From IMG/VR virus record IMGVR_UViG_3300045988_179183: 64,000 nucleotides of DNA. The stretch is one strand, 5' to 3'. Below are positions 1 through 9,450 of this stretch, piece by piece. The translations under genes and the position numbers were made by a program. This DNA comes from a virus. A model generated the notes under the pieces. That model was not told where the DNA came from. It made no database searches and saw only the letters and a list, made by a program, of their open reading frames with translations. Position 1 is the first letter of the stretch. Each line of letters begins with the position of its first letter.

Positions 1-540
1 TTTCCATTTGTCCTTGCTTTCAAGTACTTGAACTTTTCTCTTTCTCATATCAACCCATTTCTGCCACTCAGCCTTCCACCCATACTTTACCGACGCGGGA
101 GTTACGACGAGACATGGAAATAATTGAAGTGCTTCAACTAAAACGATTGACACACCCGTTTTTCCCAATCCCGGTGAACACCCGTTTATAGCGTTAGGGT
201 GATTTGCAAGGTAATGAATACATTCAATCTGATAATCACGTAAATTTCTTTTCAGATGGAGATCATTTATCAATTCCTTTATATTTTCCAACGAAATAAT
301 CTCCTCGTATTCTGGGAGAGTGAGATTATCCAATGAAGGTTGAGGTCTCTTGTTTACAAAATCATTCTGTTCAAGGAATCGTTCTATCAGTTTACCCTTA
401 TCCAACGAGATCTCACGGTACCATTCCTTCGTTTGGGGATTATAGAAGAAACCACCGATTTGCTTGAGCATGGATACAAGTGATGGGTCATATTTGAAAC
501 CCACATAGATGTATGTCTTCTCCAAATAAAAATACCGCAT
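1..540 (-). CDS. SNF2/SF2-type helicase, N-terminal part (CDS continues beyond window start)
   Basis: Truncated, so absent from the ORF track. Manual translation from ATG (540-538): MRYFYLEKTYIYVGFKYDPSLVSMLKQIGGFFYNPQTKEWYREI...LRDYQIECIHYLANHPNAINGCSPGLGKTGVSIVLVEAL...VVTPASVKYGWKAEW. DYQ motif plus GxGKT Walker A, as in SNF2-family helicases. The first ~45 aa look HARP-like. Confidence 0.65.
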   Translation of the reverse strand, partial: MRYFYLEKTYIYVGFKYDPSLVSMLKQIGGFFYNPQTKEWYREISLDKGKLIERFLEQNDFVNKRPQPSLDNLTLPEYEEIISLENIKELINDLHLKRNLRDYQIECIHYLANHPNAINGCSPGLGKTGVSIVLVEALQLFPCLVVTPASVKYGWKAEWQKWVDMRKRKVQVLESKDKWK

Positions 541-542
541 AA

Positions 543-2498
543 CTACCCGTTAATTTTCGACAAAATACCCTCCCTGTCATCGATCGATAAAATATCAACA
601 CCGAGTTCCTTCGCTTTATTAATCTTTGAGGAATTCCCGTTCACATCCTTGACGATCAGAATATCCGTGTTTTTACTAACCCCCGATACTATTTTATGAC
701 CCCTCCCCTCTAATTCACTTTCAAGCGATTTATCCCTCACACCAGAAAAACATATTGAGTAAGATTTACCCTGGCACTCAGTTCTCTTTTTTCGAATATA
801 CGTTTTAAATTTATCCAAGGGTATCATGTCCTTGTCTAATTCAATCATGCTTGATAGAAATTTTGATGCCACAATGGCACCGATCCCTTTGATTTCCCGT
901 AGACGGTTTTCAAGGTCGAACCGGCGATGTTCCGGGGAAGGCATCTTCCTCCATATCTCATCAAACTCAACATCATCAATGTTATCGAAAATTAACTGGC
1001 ATGTTTTCTCACCGAACGCACCACCGAAAACGTTACACGCGGTTAAAAGTCTCGCGAGGGGTATCTCGGTGAACAACCCGATCTTCTCTATCTGTAAAAA
1101 GATCTTATCATAATTCGCCACGCCAAGTCCCTCTATCTTGGTCCAAGCCTCTTTTGACATTGATAATATGTCCTTGATCGTTTTATAACCGTTTTCGTAT
1201 AATTTCTTAACCGTTGGTTCACCTATCTCCTCGATACCCATCGTGACAAAGAAAAACAGGTTTCTCGCGATGATCTTTTCCTTGCAATCTCGGTTGACAC
1301 AAACAAGTTCGACAAGGTTCTTATCCCAGCGTAACGGTCTCCCACAACTCGGACATATAATCATATCATCACGCATCTTTTCATAATCCGGTGCATCGTA
1401 CATTATCGTTTTATCATGCTTCGGTATGACATCGCCGGATCTCCTAACCTTGATGTTCGCTCCCTCGCAAATACAATTATCCACGATATATGCCGCGTTA
1501 TGTCCTGTAACATTTGTCACAGTCGCACCGGCCAGCTCAACGGGTTCTATGTTAATCACCGGTTTTGAGAGACCGTCCTTGCTGATCTTCCACGTGATAC
1601 CTGTTACCTTCGTTAGCTTACTATCATTCCATTCAGGAAATTTCACTGCCACGGCATATCGTGGGTTTCCATTTGGCAATCTTCCCAACTCCTTTCTAAG
1701 ATCGACGGAACTAATCTCCATGACGATACCGTCAATGTTATAAACATCGCCCCACTCGTCGTATAGCTGCTGGAAGATATCGGGATTATCCAATATTTCA
1801 TGAACAGTGGTAACCTCGTACTTGATATCACTAACCTGTTTCAGTTCGGCCATCTGGATCGATTTATCGAGATCAAGATCACAACCGTAAATAACGTAGT
1901 CAATTTTTGTCATAATATCAGCTCGCCATTTATCACCGTTAAACTGACCGGCAACCATGTTTCGAGCCGTTTTGTACTCGCCACTTTCAAGATACGGTTT
2001 GAATTCATCCTTTCTCATGATAGCCTCTCCCCAACAGTAATGCGCGCCAATCTCTCTCAAATGGATCATACCACGGCGCCTGTACCATAAAAGTTTGAAC
2101 CTTTCCGAACTCTCCTGACCTTCATCACCATCACCTCTTGTCCAAGCCTTCCCGTAAAGATCCGTCTCCGTGAGGAGGGAAATGCCGTCATATTTAGGTG
2201 TCAAAACCAATTTTGTTTCCCCGGGGAACGTTTTTAACCACTTTAACCACGAGATAACCTCATCCATCGTTTTAACTTTTTCCAAGCTAAACATCGGTAG
2301 AGGGAGTTTACTCACTCGATCCTTACCTTTTACCGACTCGATAACGCTTCTCGTCAACAGCATATGGTCGGGTTCTATCTCCCGTAAGTCGTCGATCAAT
2401 GAATCGTACTCCGCGTCCGTCATAATGGGAGACCCCTTTCTGTATAAATTATTCGCGTTCAGTATTTTTTCAACTAAAATCTCAACATCAGTTCTCAT
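543..2498 (-). CDS. ligA: NAD-dependent DNA ligase (LigA type)
   Basis: 651 aa. Adenylation motif KxDG (LTPKYDGISL). Cys4 zinc finger (CPSCGRPLRW...LVCVNRDC). HhH region. C-terminal BRCT-like segment (ICFSGVRDKSLESELEGRGHKIVSGVSKNTDILIV). Confidence 0.9.
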   Translation of the reverse strand: MRTDVEILVEKILNANNLYRKGSPIMTDAEYDSLIDDLREIEPDHMLLTRSVIESVKGKDRVSKLPLPMFSLEKVKTMDEVISWLKWLKTFPGETKLVLTPKYDGISLLTETDLYGKAWTRGDGDEGQESSERFKLLWYRRRGMIHLREIGAHYCWGEAIMRKDEFKPYLESGEYKTARNMVAGQFNGDKWRADIMTKIDYVIYGCDLDLDKSIQMAELKQVSDIKYEVTTVHEILDNPDIFQQLYDEWGDVYNIDGIVMEISSVDLRKELGRLPNGNPRYAVAVKFPEWNDSKLTKVTGITWKISKDGLSKPVINIEPVELAGATVTNVTGHNAAYIVDNCICEGANIKVRRSGDVIPKHDKTIMYDAPDYEKMRDDMIICPSCGRPLRWDKNLVELVCVNRDCKEKIIARNLFFFVTMGIEEIGEPTVKKLYENGYKTIKDILSMSKEAWTKIEGLGVANYDKIFLQIEKIGLFTEIPLARLLTACNVFGGAFGEKTCQLIFDNIDDVEFDEIWRKMPSPEHRRFDLENRLREIKGIGAIVASKFLSSMIELDKDMIPLDKFKTYIRKKRTECQGKSYSICFSGVRDKSLESELEGRGHKIVSGVSKNTDILIVKDVNGNSSKINKAKELGVDILSIDDREGILSKING

Positions 2499-3060
2499 AA
2501 TCAGTTTTTCTATATTGTTTCAACACTTCTTGGAATTCATTCGTTTTATCATACCCGCACCCCTCCATCTCCGGGCAAAAACCTCTGTATACACAGGACG
2601 GTACGCACTTATCCGCCATCACAGGATCTATCTCCCTCACCGCGTCTATAACTTGACGCCACGCCCTTCTCGTTTCTTTCGATGCCTTCATGCAGAGACG
2701 AACCTTCGATATATTTATTAACGCTTGTGCGTTAGCAGTCATATCCATGTCATTCAGTGAACCTTGTTCGAGTTTATCCCGGGGTACAATCAAATTCCTC
2801 CGATCCTCTCTCTGGGAATGAATAAATTTCTCACATCCCTCATGATGTCTCACTAGATGAACAGTGATCCATTGTTTTATATCCTGCCACGTCCATTCGA
2901 ATTCAACCAACCGAATCGGGCTATGCTCTGCCAGTAGCATTTTCGCTTCCCATGATTTTGAAGGCTCCCTGTCTAAAGGTCGTTTGCCAACCGTTCTTCT
3001 CGCTGCATTAAGAGCCCTCCCCCATGAGGTAACCCTTTCCATTCTAATTATTTTACTCAC
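2488..3060 (-). CDS. Divergent ThyX-like (flavin-dependent thymidylate synthase family) protein
   Basis: 190 aa. EHSPIRLVEFEWTWQDIKQWITVHLVRHHEGCEKFIHSQRED resembles the ThyX core (H-SP..E / RHRxxSxxxxSxR), but with RHH and Cys in place of RHR and Ser and one extra residue of spacing. Annotated start is GTG; an ATG lies 6 codons downstream. Confidence 0.5.
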   Translation of the reverse strand: MSKIIRMERVTSWGRALNAARRTVGKRPLDREPSKSWEAKMLLAEHSPIRLVEFEWTWQDIKQWITVHLVRHHEGCEKFIHSQREDRRNLIVPRDKLEQGSLNDMDMTANAQALINISKVRLCMKASKETRRAWRQVIDAVREIDPVMADKCVPSCVYRGFCPEMEGCGYDKTNEFQEVLKQYRKTDYEN

Positions 3061-3100
3061 AATCGTATTTATTGAATCTTGTTCTTATCTTTCAACACCA

Positions 3101-3132
3101 TAAAGATACACAATATTTATCTATTCTCCAAA
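3101..3132 (-). promoter_or_regulatory. Bacteroidota-type promoter, conserved-box class (copy 1), upstream of the ThyX-like/ligase operon
   Basis: Minus strand reads TTTG-N20-TATCTTTA (plus-strand taaagata at 3101-3108, caaa at 3129-3132). Lies within the conserved box GATAAATATTGTGTATCTTTATGGTGTT. Confidence 0.6.
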
Positions 3133-3168
3133 TGTTTTCACGGAAAAGTTCATGTAAAAAGATAAAAA

Positions 3169-3188
3169 GAGGAGGAAAATTCCTCCTC
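3169..3188 (-). terminator. Rho-independent terminator after CDS 3195..3500
   Basis: 8-bp GC-rich stem gaggagga/tcctcctc with a 4-nt loop, followed on the minus strand by TTTTTAT. It sits 6 nt after the stop codon. Confidence 0.7.
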
Positions 3189-3194
3189 GCATGG

Positions 3195-3500
3195 TTACTC
3201 AACATTTAAGACCCAGATATAATTATCGTGCCCAAACTTCATTGTTACCCGTTTCACCCCCTGCGCCTGCTCCAACAAGGATTTTCCACTCGGTGAATAA
3301 AACGCTTGATGAGATAAATACTGTGTGACATCTTTCCCGGTCAACTCATTGTAGCTTTGACCGATACCTTTTGTTGAAAAACTGTCAACGATCCAGAAAC
3401 TCAACTCCCCGAAATTCTCAAGGACCATGAGCTGAACTCCCTGATGTTTGACAATACCCAAACAAACTTCCCAGATATTGTTTGTTAATAACTCCGCCAT
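3195..3500 (-). CDS. hypothetical protein
   Basis: 101-aa ORF, same strand, abuts the neighbouring CDS (1-nt gap) and is followed by a terminator. No recognisable motif. Confidence 0.6.
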   Translation of the reverse strand: MAELLTNNIWEVCLGIVKHQGVQLMVLENFGELSFWIVDSFSTKGIGQSYNELTGKDVTQYLSHQAFYSPSGKSLLEQAQGVKRVTMKFGHDNYIWVLNVE

Positions 3501-3501
3501 A

Positions 3502-3822
3502 TTAATCTAAATTTGTACCGAGAATCTTCTTTTCATAGAATCGCTTCATCTCGGCATCGTGTTTTCGAACCTTTTTATTTCTCTCCATTATCCATCTCTT
3601 TTTATCATCATTGGAGAGAGAATCGAACCGTGCGAGATTAAACCCCACACCCCCTTCATTTTTCACATTCACCATCTCAACTTCTTGGTTACAATGATCG
3701 CAAACAAGCCGCTCCTTTGGTGTGAGATGTCCATCCCGAATCACGTAACTGACCGAATTAAAATGAATTTCTTCATTGTACTTGTCGCATTTCTCATTTC
3801 GACAATAAAATTTCGTCGCCAT
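3502..3822 (-). CDS. zinc-ribbon protein, function unknown
   Basis: 106 aa. Two CxxC pairs (CRNEKC ... CDHCNQE). Basic C-terminus. Confidence 0.6.
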   Translation of the reverse strand: MATKFYCRNEKCDKYNEEIHFNSVSYVIRDGHLTPKERLVCDHCNQEVEMVNVKNEGGVGFNLARFDSLSNDDKKRWIMERNKKVRKHDAEMKRFYEKKILGTNLD

Positions 3823-3823
3823 A

Positions 3824-4357
3824 TCAAAAATTTTTACGTTTTAAGTACATCGCGATGAGCAAACTATCGCATTTATTATCATCCATCTTCGTTGATCTTT
3901 CAGTTCTTCTAAGATCAACGGTGGGGAATAATTTCTTGCAGGCCTTGATAGAGGTTGCCTTCGTATCAGTTACCTCGGTCTTCCCGGACGATGATTTCTT
4001 CTTAATCAAACCCACGCCCTCCCACATAACCTTTTGCCATTCCTTCGGCTGTGGGTTAACAATGGTGATGCCTTTTGCCGCGACGAGACCGTTCAGCACC
4101 CCGGTTATATAACCGAAGTTAAACGTACTACCTGCCGACGCACCGAATAATGCATGAACCGATTCAATACCAACGATAATATCCATACCCTCAAACCGAG
4201 TGAATATACCCTCAATAACACCCCTAATGTGCCACAGATCGAATTCCGCTTTCGGATCTTTTTGAATCGGTATAAATTCAATCTCTTCATACGGTGGCAA
4301 GATACATATAAAACCCGCTTTTCCGGGATCAATTCCAATATAAACCTTCTCTTTCAT
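3824..4357 (-). CDS. RuvC-like Holliday junction resolvase
   Basis: 177 aa. YIGIDPGKAG (first catalytic Asp), GIESVH (Glu), and C-terminal DDNKCDSLLIAMY (Asp) fit the RuvC/RNase-H-fold resolvase pattern. Sits in the recombination module. Confidence 0.65.
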   Translation of the reverse strand: MKEKVYIGIDPGKAGFICILPPYEEIEFIPIQKDPKAEFDLWHIRGVIEGIFTRFEGMDIIVGIESVHALFGASAGSTFNFGYITGVLNGLVAAKGITIVNPQPKEWQKVMWEGVGLIKKKSSSGKTEVTDTKATSIKACKKLFPTVDLRRTERSTKMDDNKCDSLLIAMYLKRKNF

Positions 4358-6354
4358 TATTCTATCCTACTTATGTCGTTTTCCTTGATAACCTTCAAAA
4401 CCTTACTTCCAACCGCTTGGTTCACAACGTGAGTCGTTATCAGTATGGGAAATGAAAATTGATTCAATGATTTCACGAGGGATTTTAAACCCAGCGCATC
4501 GATTCCTTCCGCTATCTCATCCGTGAACAAAAAATTCAAACCGTTATGTTTACTTGAATTATTGATCATTTTCTGTTGTGCGAGTACCATCGCGTATTCC
4601 AATCTACCCCTCTCACCCCCTGAAAAAGAATTGAACGGCATCGCTTCATCCCTTATGATTGTCGGTGTGATCTCCTCCTTGATTGTACCATCGGCCTTTC
4701 TTTTGAAACCGTCAATACTAACTCGCAAATCGGACCCCATATCTTTCAACATCTCATTACAATTATATTGTATCTCCTTGATACTGATATTCGCAAGGTA
4801 CATTCTGAATTCTTTATATTGAATGAGCCAAACCCTCATATTTTCAATCTCCGACTCAACCTCTTTTAAAAGGTTATCGATATCTTTTAGAGTTACCTGG
4901 GCCTCGTATAAATCTGTCCTTCTTCTCGTTATTTCCTCGTTCCATGAATCACTCGGATCTTTCTCACTTATTTTTTTAATACATTCTTCCCATTTCGTTA
5001 TCTCATCCCTGCTATCGAGTATACTTTTTTCCTCCAATTTAATACGTCTATTATTGTTTTCAATCATCGATTGATTTTTATCGATGTCTTCTTCAATTTG
5101 AAGAATATTTTTCCTTAAAGACGATAATTCACGGGAAAAAGATATCTCGATCTCCCTTTCCGATTTTAATGAGTTCGTTGATTCGCAGCTTTCGTCCTCC
5201 AATCGCGATAAATCGTTCCTTAACGATTGGATGGATTTTTCAATCTCTTTTTTCAACGAAAGAATTTCCACCTTCTTCGATTCCTCTTCGTCAACATCCG
5301 AATCCTCATCAACGAGGAATCTATGGCCGCACTTGGGGCAGGTAATAACACCCGCGAGTTTCTTGTTTATCTCACCAAGCGCCATTTCAATTTCACGTTC
5401 AGTATCAACCGCGTCCTTTACTGCTGAATTCAATTCAATCTCTCTCTCTCGATAACCCTTCAAGCTCGCTTCGATATCACCGATTTTTCTATTTATCAAT
5501 GAATGTTCATCAACTTTTCGTGAGAGCGAATCGGTGTATTCCTTTAATTTCTTATTAACGGATACCAACTCCCCTTTAATATCCTCGTTTTCAGTCGAAA
5601 GACGGTCAATCGTTTTTCTACTCAATTCGATTGAATTTTCATAATTATCTATCTCATCCCTGTACTTTGATATCGCCTCCTCTTTCGCTTTCTCAAACTT
5701 CTCAAGAGAACATTCATTAATCTGTTCTTCGAGAACCGAAATTTTTCCTTGAATAAATGATTTTTTTTCAAGAATGTCCGCCCTTTCATGTTCCTTCGTT
5801 GATATCCCGACTTTGATATCATTATCAATATCATCAAGAAAACCTACGTTACTAAATCGGGCCATCAACTGAAGTTTTTGCGAATTTGATGATGAGAAGA
5901 AAGATGCAAAACGCTCCTTGTTCACTATATAATAATTACTCAGATCCTCCTTTGTGATACCGATCCATTCGATGATTCGATTATTCCCATCGTTCACTGT
6001 GGCGAATTGAATTGGTTCATCATTGATATAGAGTTCAAGTTTGTTACCCTTTCTCGTTAAAACCCTTTTGATGTGAAGAACTTGATCTCTTACCGCGCAA
6101 TAAATCCATGATTCGATAACCGATTCATTTTGGCCCCTTCTAATTAAATCGATGTCTCGGACATTCTTTCTAGAAGTATAATCGAGCCAACATTTCTCTA
6201 TCGCGGATTGAATCGCAGTCTTCCCACTTCCATTACTCTCCTGACCCTCATCGGATCTATTCTCACCAACCAGAAGCACCGGTCCTTCCTCGAAATCATA
6301 CTCAAGTTCCTTGAACGAAAGAAAATTCGTTAACTTTAATTTTATCGGTTGCAT
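4357..6354 (-). CDS. SbcC/Rad50-like (T4 gp46-like) recombination ATPase
   Basis: 665 aa. N-terminal Walker A (ESNGSGKTAI). Long coiled-coil centre with a CxxC zinc hook (CPKCGHRF). ABC signature SFSGGERGRL. Walker B LFTDEIAEGID. Confidence 0.85.
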   Translation of the reverse strand: MQPIKLKLTNFLSFKELEYDFEEGPVLLVGENRSDEGQESNGSGKTAIQSAIEKCWLDYTSRKNVRDIDLIRRGQNESVIESWIYCAVRDQVLHIKRVLTRKGNKLELYINDEPIQFATVNDGNNRIIEWIGITKEDLSNYYIVNKERFASFFSSSNSQKLQLMARFSNVGFLDDIDNDIKVGISTKEHERADILEKKSFIQGKISVLEEQINECSLEKFEKAKEEAISKYRDEIDNYENSIELSRKTIDRLSTENEDIKGELVSVNKKLKEYTDSLSRKVDEHSLINRKIGDIEASLKGYREREIELNSAVKDAVDTEREIEMALGEINKKLAGVITCPKCGHRFLVDEDSDVDEEESKKVEILSLKKEIEKSIQSLRNDLSRLEDESCESTNSLKSEREIEISFSRELSSLRKNILQIEEDIDKNQSMIENNNRRIKLEEKSILDSRDEITKWEECIKKISEKDPSDSWNEEITRRRTDLYEAQVTLKDIDNLLKEVESEIENMRVWLIQYKEFRMYLANISIKEIQYNCNEMLKDMGSDLRVSIDGFKRKADGTIKEEITPTIIRDEAMPFNSFSGGERGRLEYAMVLAQQKMINNSSKHNGLNFLFTDEIAEGIDALGLKSLVKSLNQFSFPILITTHVVNQAVGSKVLKVIKENDISRIE

Positions 6355-6355
6355 G

Positions 6356-8356
6356 TTAATCCAATTTTATCTGTTTACGTATTTCCTCCAATAATTCCGG
6401 GTTGTCGGATAGTACTGTTTTAACATTCACCTCTCCTTGACCCAGACTCGTTCCATTATAGGAGAACCAACTTCCGTTCTTCTTGATGATACCCTGCTCG
6501 ATCGATAAATCTAATATTTCTTGCATGATATCGATCCCCTTACCGAAAGCGATTGAAATCTCCGCCTGCTTAAACGGGGGTGCTATTTTGTTTTTTTTAA
6601 CGGTGACCTTGCTCCGAATAGCGGTGACATCGTCACCCTCTTTTTTATTACCCATCCTGCAAATCTCGATACGCTGGGATGCGTAAAATTTCATCGCGTT
6701 TCCTCCGGGTGTTGTGTTCGCCGCACCCATAAATCCGATATTACTTCGGTATTGATTTATGAATATAACCAACGTCTTATTCTTCTTTGCCTTCTGCGCT
6801 ATAAGGGGTAACTCCGCGCTCATCAACCGAGCGACTAATGCGATCACGGCATCACCGACCTCACCATCTATCCTCGCCTTGGGTACTAACGCGGCGATGG
6901 AGTCAAGGATAATTATACCAATATCCGGGCAATCCAACATCCTCCTCATGATGGAAAGGGCCATCTCTGCCGAATCTGCCTGACTTAACACAAACTTTTC
7001 CGGGCTCAAATCAACCCCGAGTGCCCTCATATAATCAGGATCCATTGCTTGCTCGGTATCGATATAACCCGCCGAGCGACCCATATCCTGTACTTCCCTG
7101 CACGCGTGAATGGCGAGGGAAGTATTATGTGTTATAACATGATCCTCAAGCAAATATGAATGATCGGGTGAATCTATGCTAATACAAGTACATTCGCCTG
7201 CATCAACCTCATCTATTGCGACAACCTTTCTATGACACCCCCTTCCTGTGAGAAGAGCGGCTTTACTATGCTTTCTTTTGCAACTAAATGGATTGAACGT
7301 CACCCTCAACGAAATAGAGTAATAGGAAAAACCTTTCGTGTTATGACATAATTTAACCGGGGACGTATATCCACCTAAACTTTGAACAAGATAAATGATA
7401 TCGTTTATAAGTTGAAGTGATGCGCTTGTATATGATACAACACTTGCCGAAACGCAACCATCCGTATCCATTAATCCCGCCAACAGATCCCTTCTTTGCG
7501 AAATAGAACCGTTGAGATAGTTTTTTGGTATAAACTTATCGGACGAAGGAACTCGAATACCTAATCGATCAAGTTCAGAAATATATTCATTTTCACGACT
7601 ATAAATATCCTTTACAATTCGATATTGAGAACAATTTTTCTGATTTCTACAAACAGTTATCCTGTAACCATCATTTAATTCTAATTTAACTCGATCGATA
7701 ATATCGGAATCAGTGTTTCCTATCGCCATAGTGGGATAACAATGGAGGCATCCATCGCCAAGAAGAACCCCCAAAATATAAGGAGAGATAAAACAATCAA
7801 TAGGTTCTCTCTCTAAAGGTTTGCATAAAGGAATCTCCCATCTATAATTAGGCTTTGTTATGCCCCTCCTATAATCACTCGGAACGCGATTTCTTAAAAC
7901 GCCTTTTTCTATCATTGATTTAAGCGTTCTGGGTGCATATTTTCGAATATGAGGGTTACCCATATCTTTTGCGAACCAAATATGGTCCTCCGAGCATATT
8001 TTTTCAACACCATCAATAAACCGAACCTTATATAATCGTTTTATTCCTTGAGGATAAACACCGGTTACAGGATAAAGGTTTCCATCCGACGCGTAAACCT
8101 TATCCCCTATTCTTAAACTCTCAATAGGCGTGAGACCTTGTTCCGTAAATATCTTTGTACCATTCTTTAGGGCTTTGCCACTCGATTCATGTCCGAATAT
8201 CTCAACCAGCCTACCCAGTCCGTAACCACCACCTAGCGCTCTATCTAGAATCAACGAACCCGATGGCACTCTCTCAACATCTATGTAACTACCACATATT
8301 GCTTCCTTGCCGAACTCTTTCTCAATTCCGGCAATCATACTTTTTAAATCCATCAC
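6356..8356 (-). CDS. recA: RecA/UvsX-family recombinase interrupted by an intein
   Basis: N-extein SGSLILDRALGGGYGLGRLVEIFGHESSGK joins C-extein TSLAIHACREVQ...IIILDSIAALVP...FINQYRS, restoring the P-loop GHESSGKT. The exteins sum to 316 aa. Confidence 0.9.
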   Translation of the reverse strand: MMDLKSMIAGIEKEFGKEAICGSYIDVERVPSGSLILDRALGGGYGLGRLVEIFGHESSGKALKNGTKIFTEQGLTPIESLRIGDKVYASDGNLYPVTGVYPQGIKRLYKVRFIDGVEKICSEDHIWFAKDMGNPHIRKYAPRTLKSMIEKGVLRNRVPSDYRRGITKPNYRWEIPLCKPLEREPIDCFISPYILGVLLGDGCLHCYPTMAIGNTDSDIIDRVKLELNDGYRITVCRNQKNCSQYRIVKDIYSRENEYISELDRLGIRVPSSDKFIPKNYLNGSISQRRDLLAGLMDTDGCVSASVVSYTSASLQLINDIIYLVQSLGGYTSPVKLCHNTKGFSYYSISLRVTFNPFSCKRKHSKAALLTGRGCHRKVVAIDEVDAGECTCISIDSPDHSYLLEDHVITHNTSLAIHACREVQDMGRSAGYIDTEQAMDPDYMRALGVDLSPEKFVLSQADSAEMALSIMRRMLDCPDIGIIILDSIAALVPKARIDGEVGDAVIALVARLMSAELPLIAQKAKKNKTLVIFINQYRSNIGFMGAANTTPGGNAMKFYASQRIEICRMGNKKEGDDVTAIRSKVTVKKNKIAPPFKQAEISIAFGKGIDIMQEILDLSIEQGIIKKNGSWFSYNGTSLGQGEVNVKTVLSDNPELLEEIRKQIKLD
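7124..8173 (-). mobile_element. Intein (350 aa) with LAGLIDADG homing endonuclease in the RecA P-loop; class-3 signature
   Basis: Begins ALKNGTKIF (Ala1; codon gcc at 8173-8171). Ends VITHN followed by +1 Thr (7123-7121). LAGLIDADG blocks ILGVLLGDGC and LLAGLMDTDGC. Block B is SEDHIW (Trp at B:12). Block F is ECTCISID (Cys where class 1 has Asp). Block G is THN (Thr at G:5). Confidence 0.85.
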
Positions 8357-9411
8357 TCAACGTATTTTTTCAGGAAATTATATCCCGCGTTAAAATCATA
8401 TTTTTTCTCGTCACAGAATTTTTTAAACACATCTTTCATACTTGCCCTCGACACCGGATTATTTTCTTCCCCGTTAACGGGAGCAACATCACACTCTATA
8501 TCCTTTCTCCGCTTCTTCACAACAATACCCTTCTCCGTGAAAATTTCATCAGCAAGTGATTTAAGTTTACTTTCAGATCCGATAAATTCAATTTTCACGT
8601 TTGAATTCGATGTGTCTTGCTCTTCAGCGAGCTTAACTAGCTCTGATTTCGATATGTTATCTAGGTCAACCTTGAATGAACGGTATTCCCTGAATCGTGC
8701 CTTCTCAAAAATCACCTCGCCGTCATCACATAGCAACCAAAAGCCTTTTTCCGGATCCTCGCCGAAATTATTCTGCCTTATCGAAGATAGGTGATATATT
8801 CCCTGTGATACTTCTTGAGCGTTGTGATAGTGGCCGAGATAAACTCTCGTGAAGGTTTCTTTCAATAACTTGGGTGTGATCTTGCTTATGACTTTTGAGC
8901 CGTCATTGTTGACACTCCCCGTTAACGCGGTATGACTCAACAATACCTTGGGTGCCGATGCCGCGATACCGTTCTCGGAGATCTTTCTCCTCAACTTCTC
9001 ATACCTCTCCAACCATATTTCAGTGTCATAAAACGGTATAACACCCACCGCTAGATCTTGAATTGATATTAATTCCTCGGTTCTGTGAAGGTGAAATGCC
9101 GGGTGATGATAAAACGGATCCAAAAAACTACTATCACTTTTATAATCAGTCTTATCATGGTTTCCGGGAATACAACTCAGACCCATGTGATTCTCCCTGA
9201 TCATGTCAAGTATCGCCGTGAACGCATTCAAAACTTCCTCTCTCTGTGAAATCCTACTATCGAACACATCTCCCAAACAGAGCAATGTCTTGCAATCATG
9301 TTGTTGTGCAAGTTTGATCTGCTGATCGATAAGATCTTTCACGATAGCTATATTAGATTGTTGTAGATGCCAATCCGTTGAGATGACACCTATGACTCTA
9401 TCCTTATCCAT
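8353..9411 (-). CDS. SbcD/Mre11-like (T4 gp47-like) nuclease
   Basis: 352 aa. Calcineurin-like phosphoesterase motifs: ISTDWHL, LGDVFD, GNHD, LSHTAL, GHYH. Overlaps the RecA start by 4 nt. Confidence 0.85.
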   Translation of the reverse strand: MDKDRVIGVISTDWHLQQSNIAIVKDLIDQQIKLAQQHDCKTLLCLGDVFDSRISQREEVLNAFTAILDMIRENHMGLSCIPGNHDKTDYKSDSSFLDPFYHHPAFHLHRTEELISIQDLAVGVIPFYDTEIWLERYEKLRRKISENGIAASAPKVLLSHTALTGSVNNDGSKVISKITPKLLKETFTRVYLGHYHNAQEVSQGIYHLSSIRQNNFGEDPEKGFWLLCDDGEVIFEKARFREYRSFKVDLDNISKSELVKLAEEQDTSNSNVKIEFIGSESKLKSLADEIFTEKGIVVKKRRKDIECDVAPVNGEENNPVSRASMKDVFKKFCDEKKYDFNAGYNFLKKYVE

Positions 9412-9426
9412 ATTTCATATTGATAA

Positions 9427-9450
9427 AAGAAAGGGTGTTACCCCTTTCTT
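9427..9450 (-). terminator. Probable rho-independent terminator after the SSB-like gene
   Basis: 9-bp stem aagaaaggg/ccctttctt with a 6-nt loop, overlapping the stop codon. The minus strand continues TTTTATCA. Confidence 0.5.
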
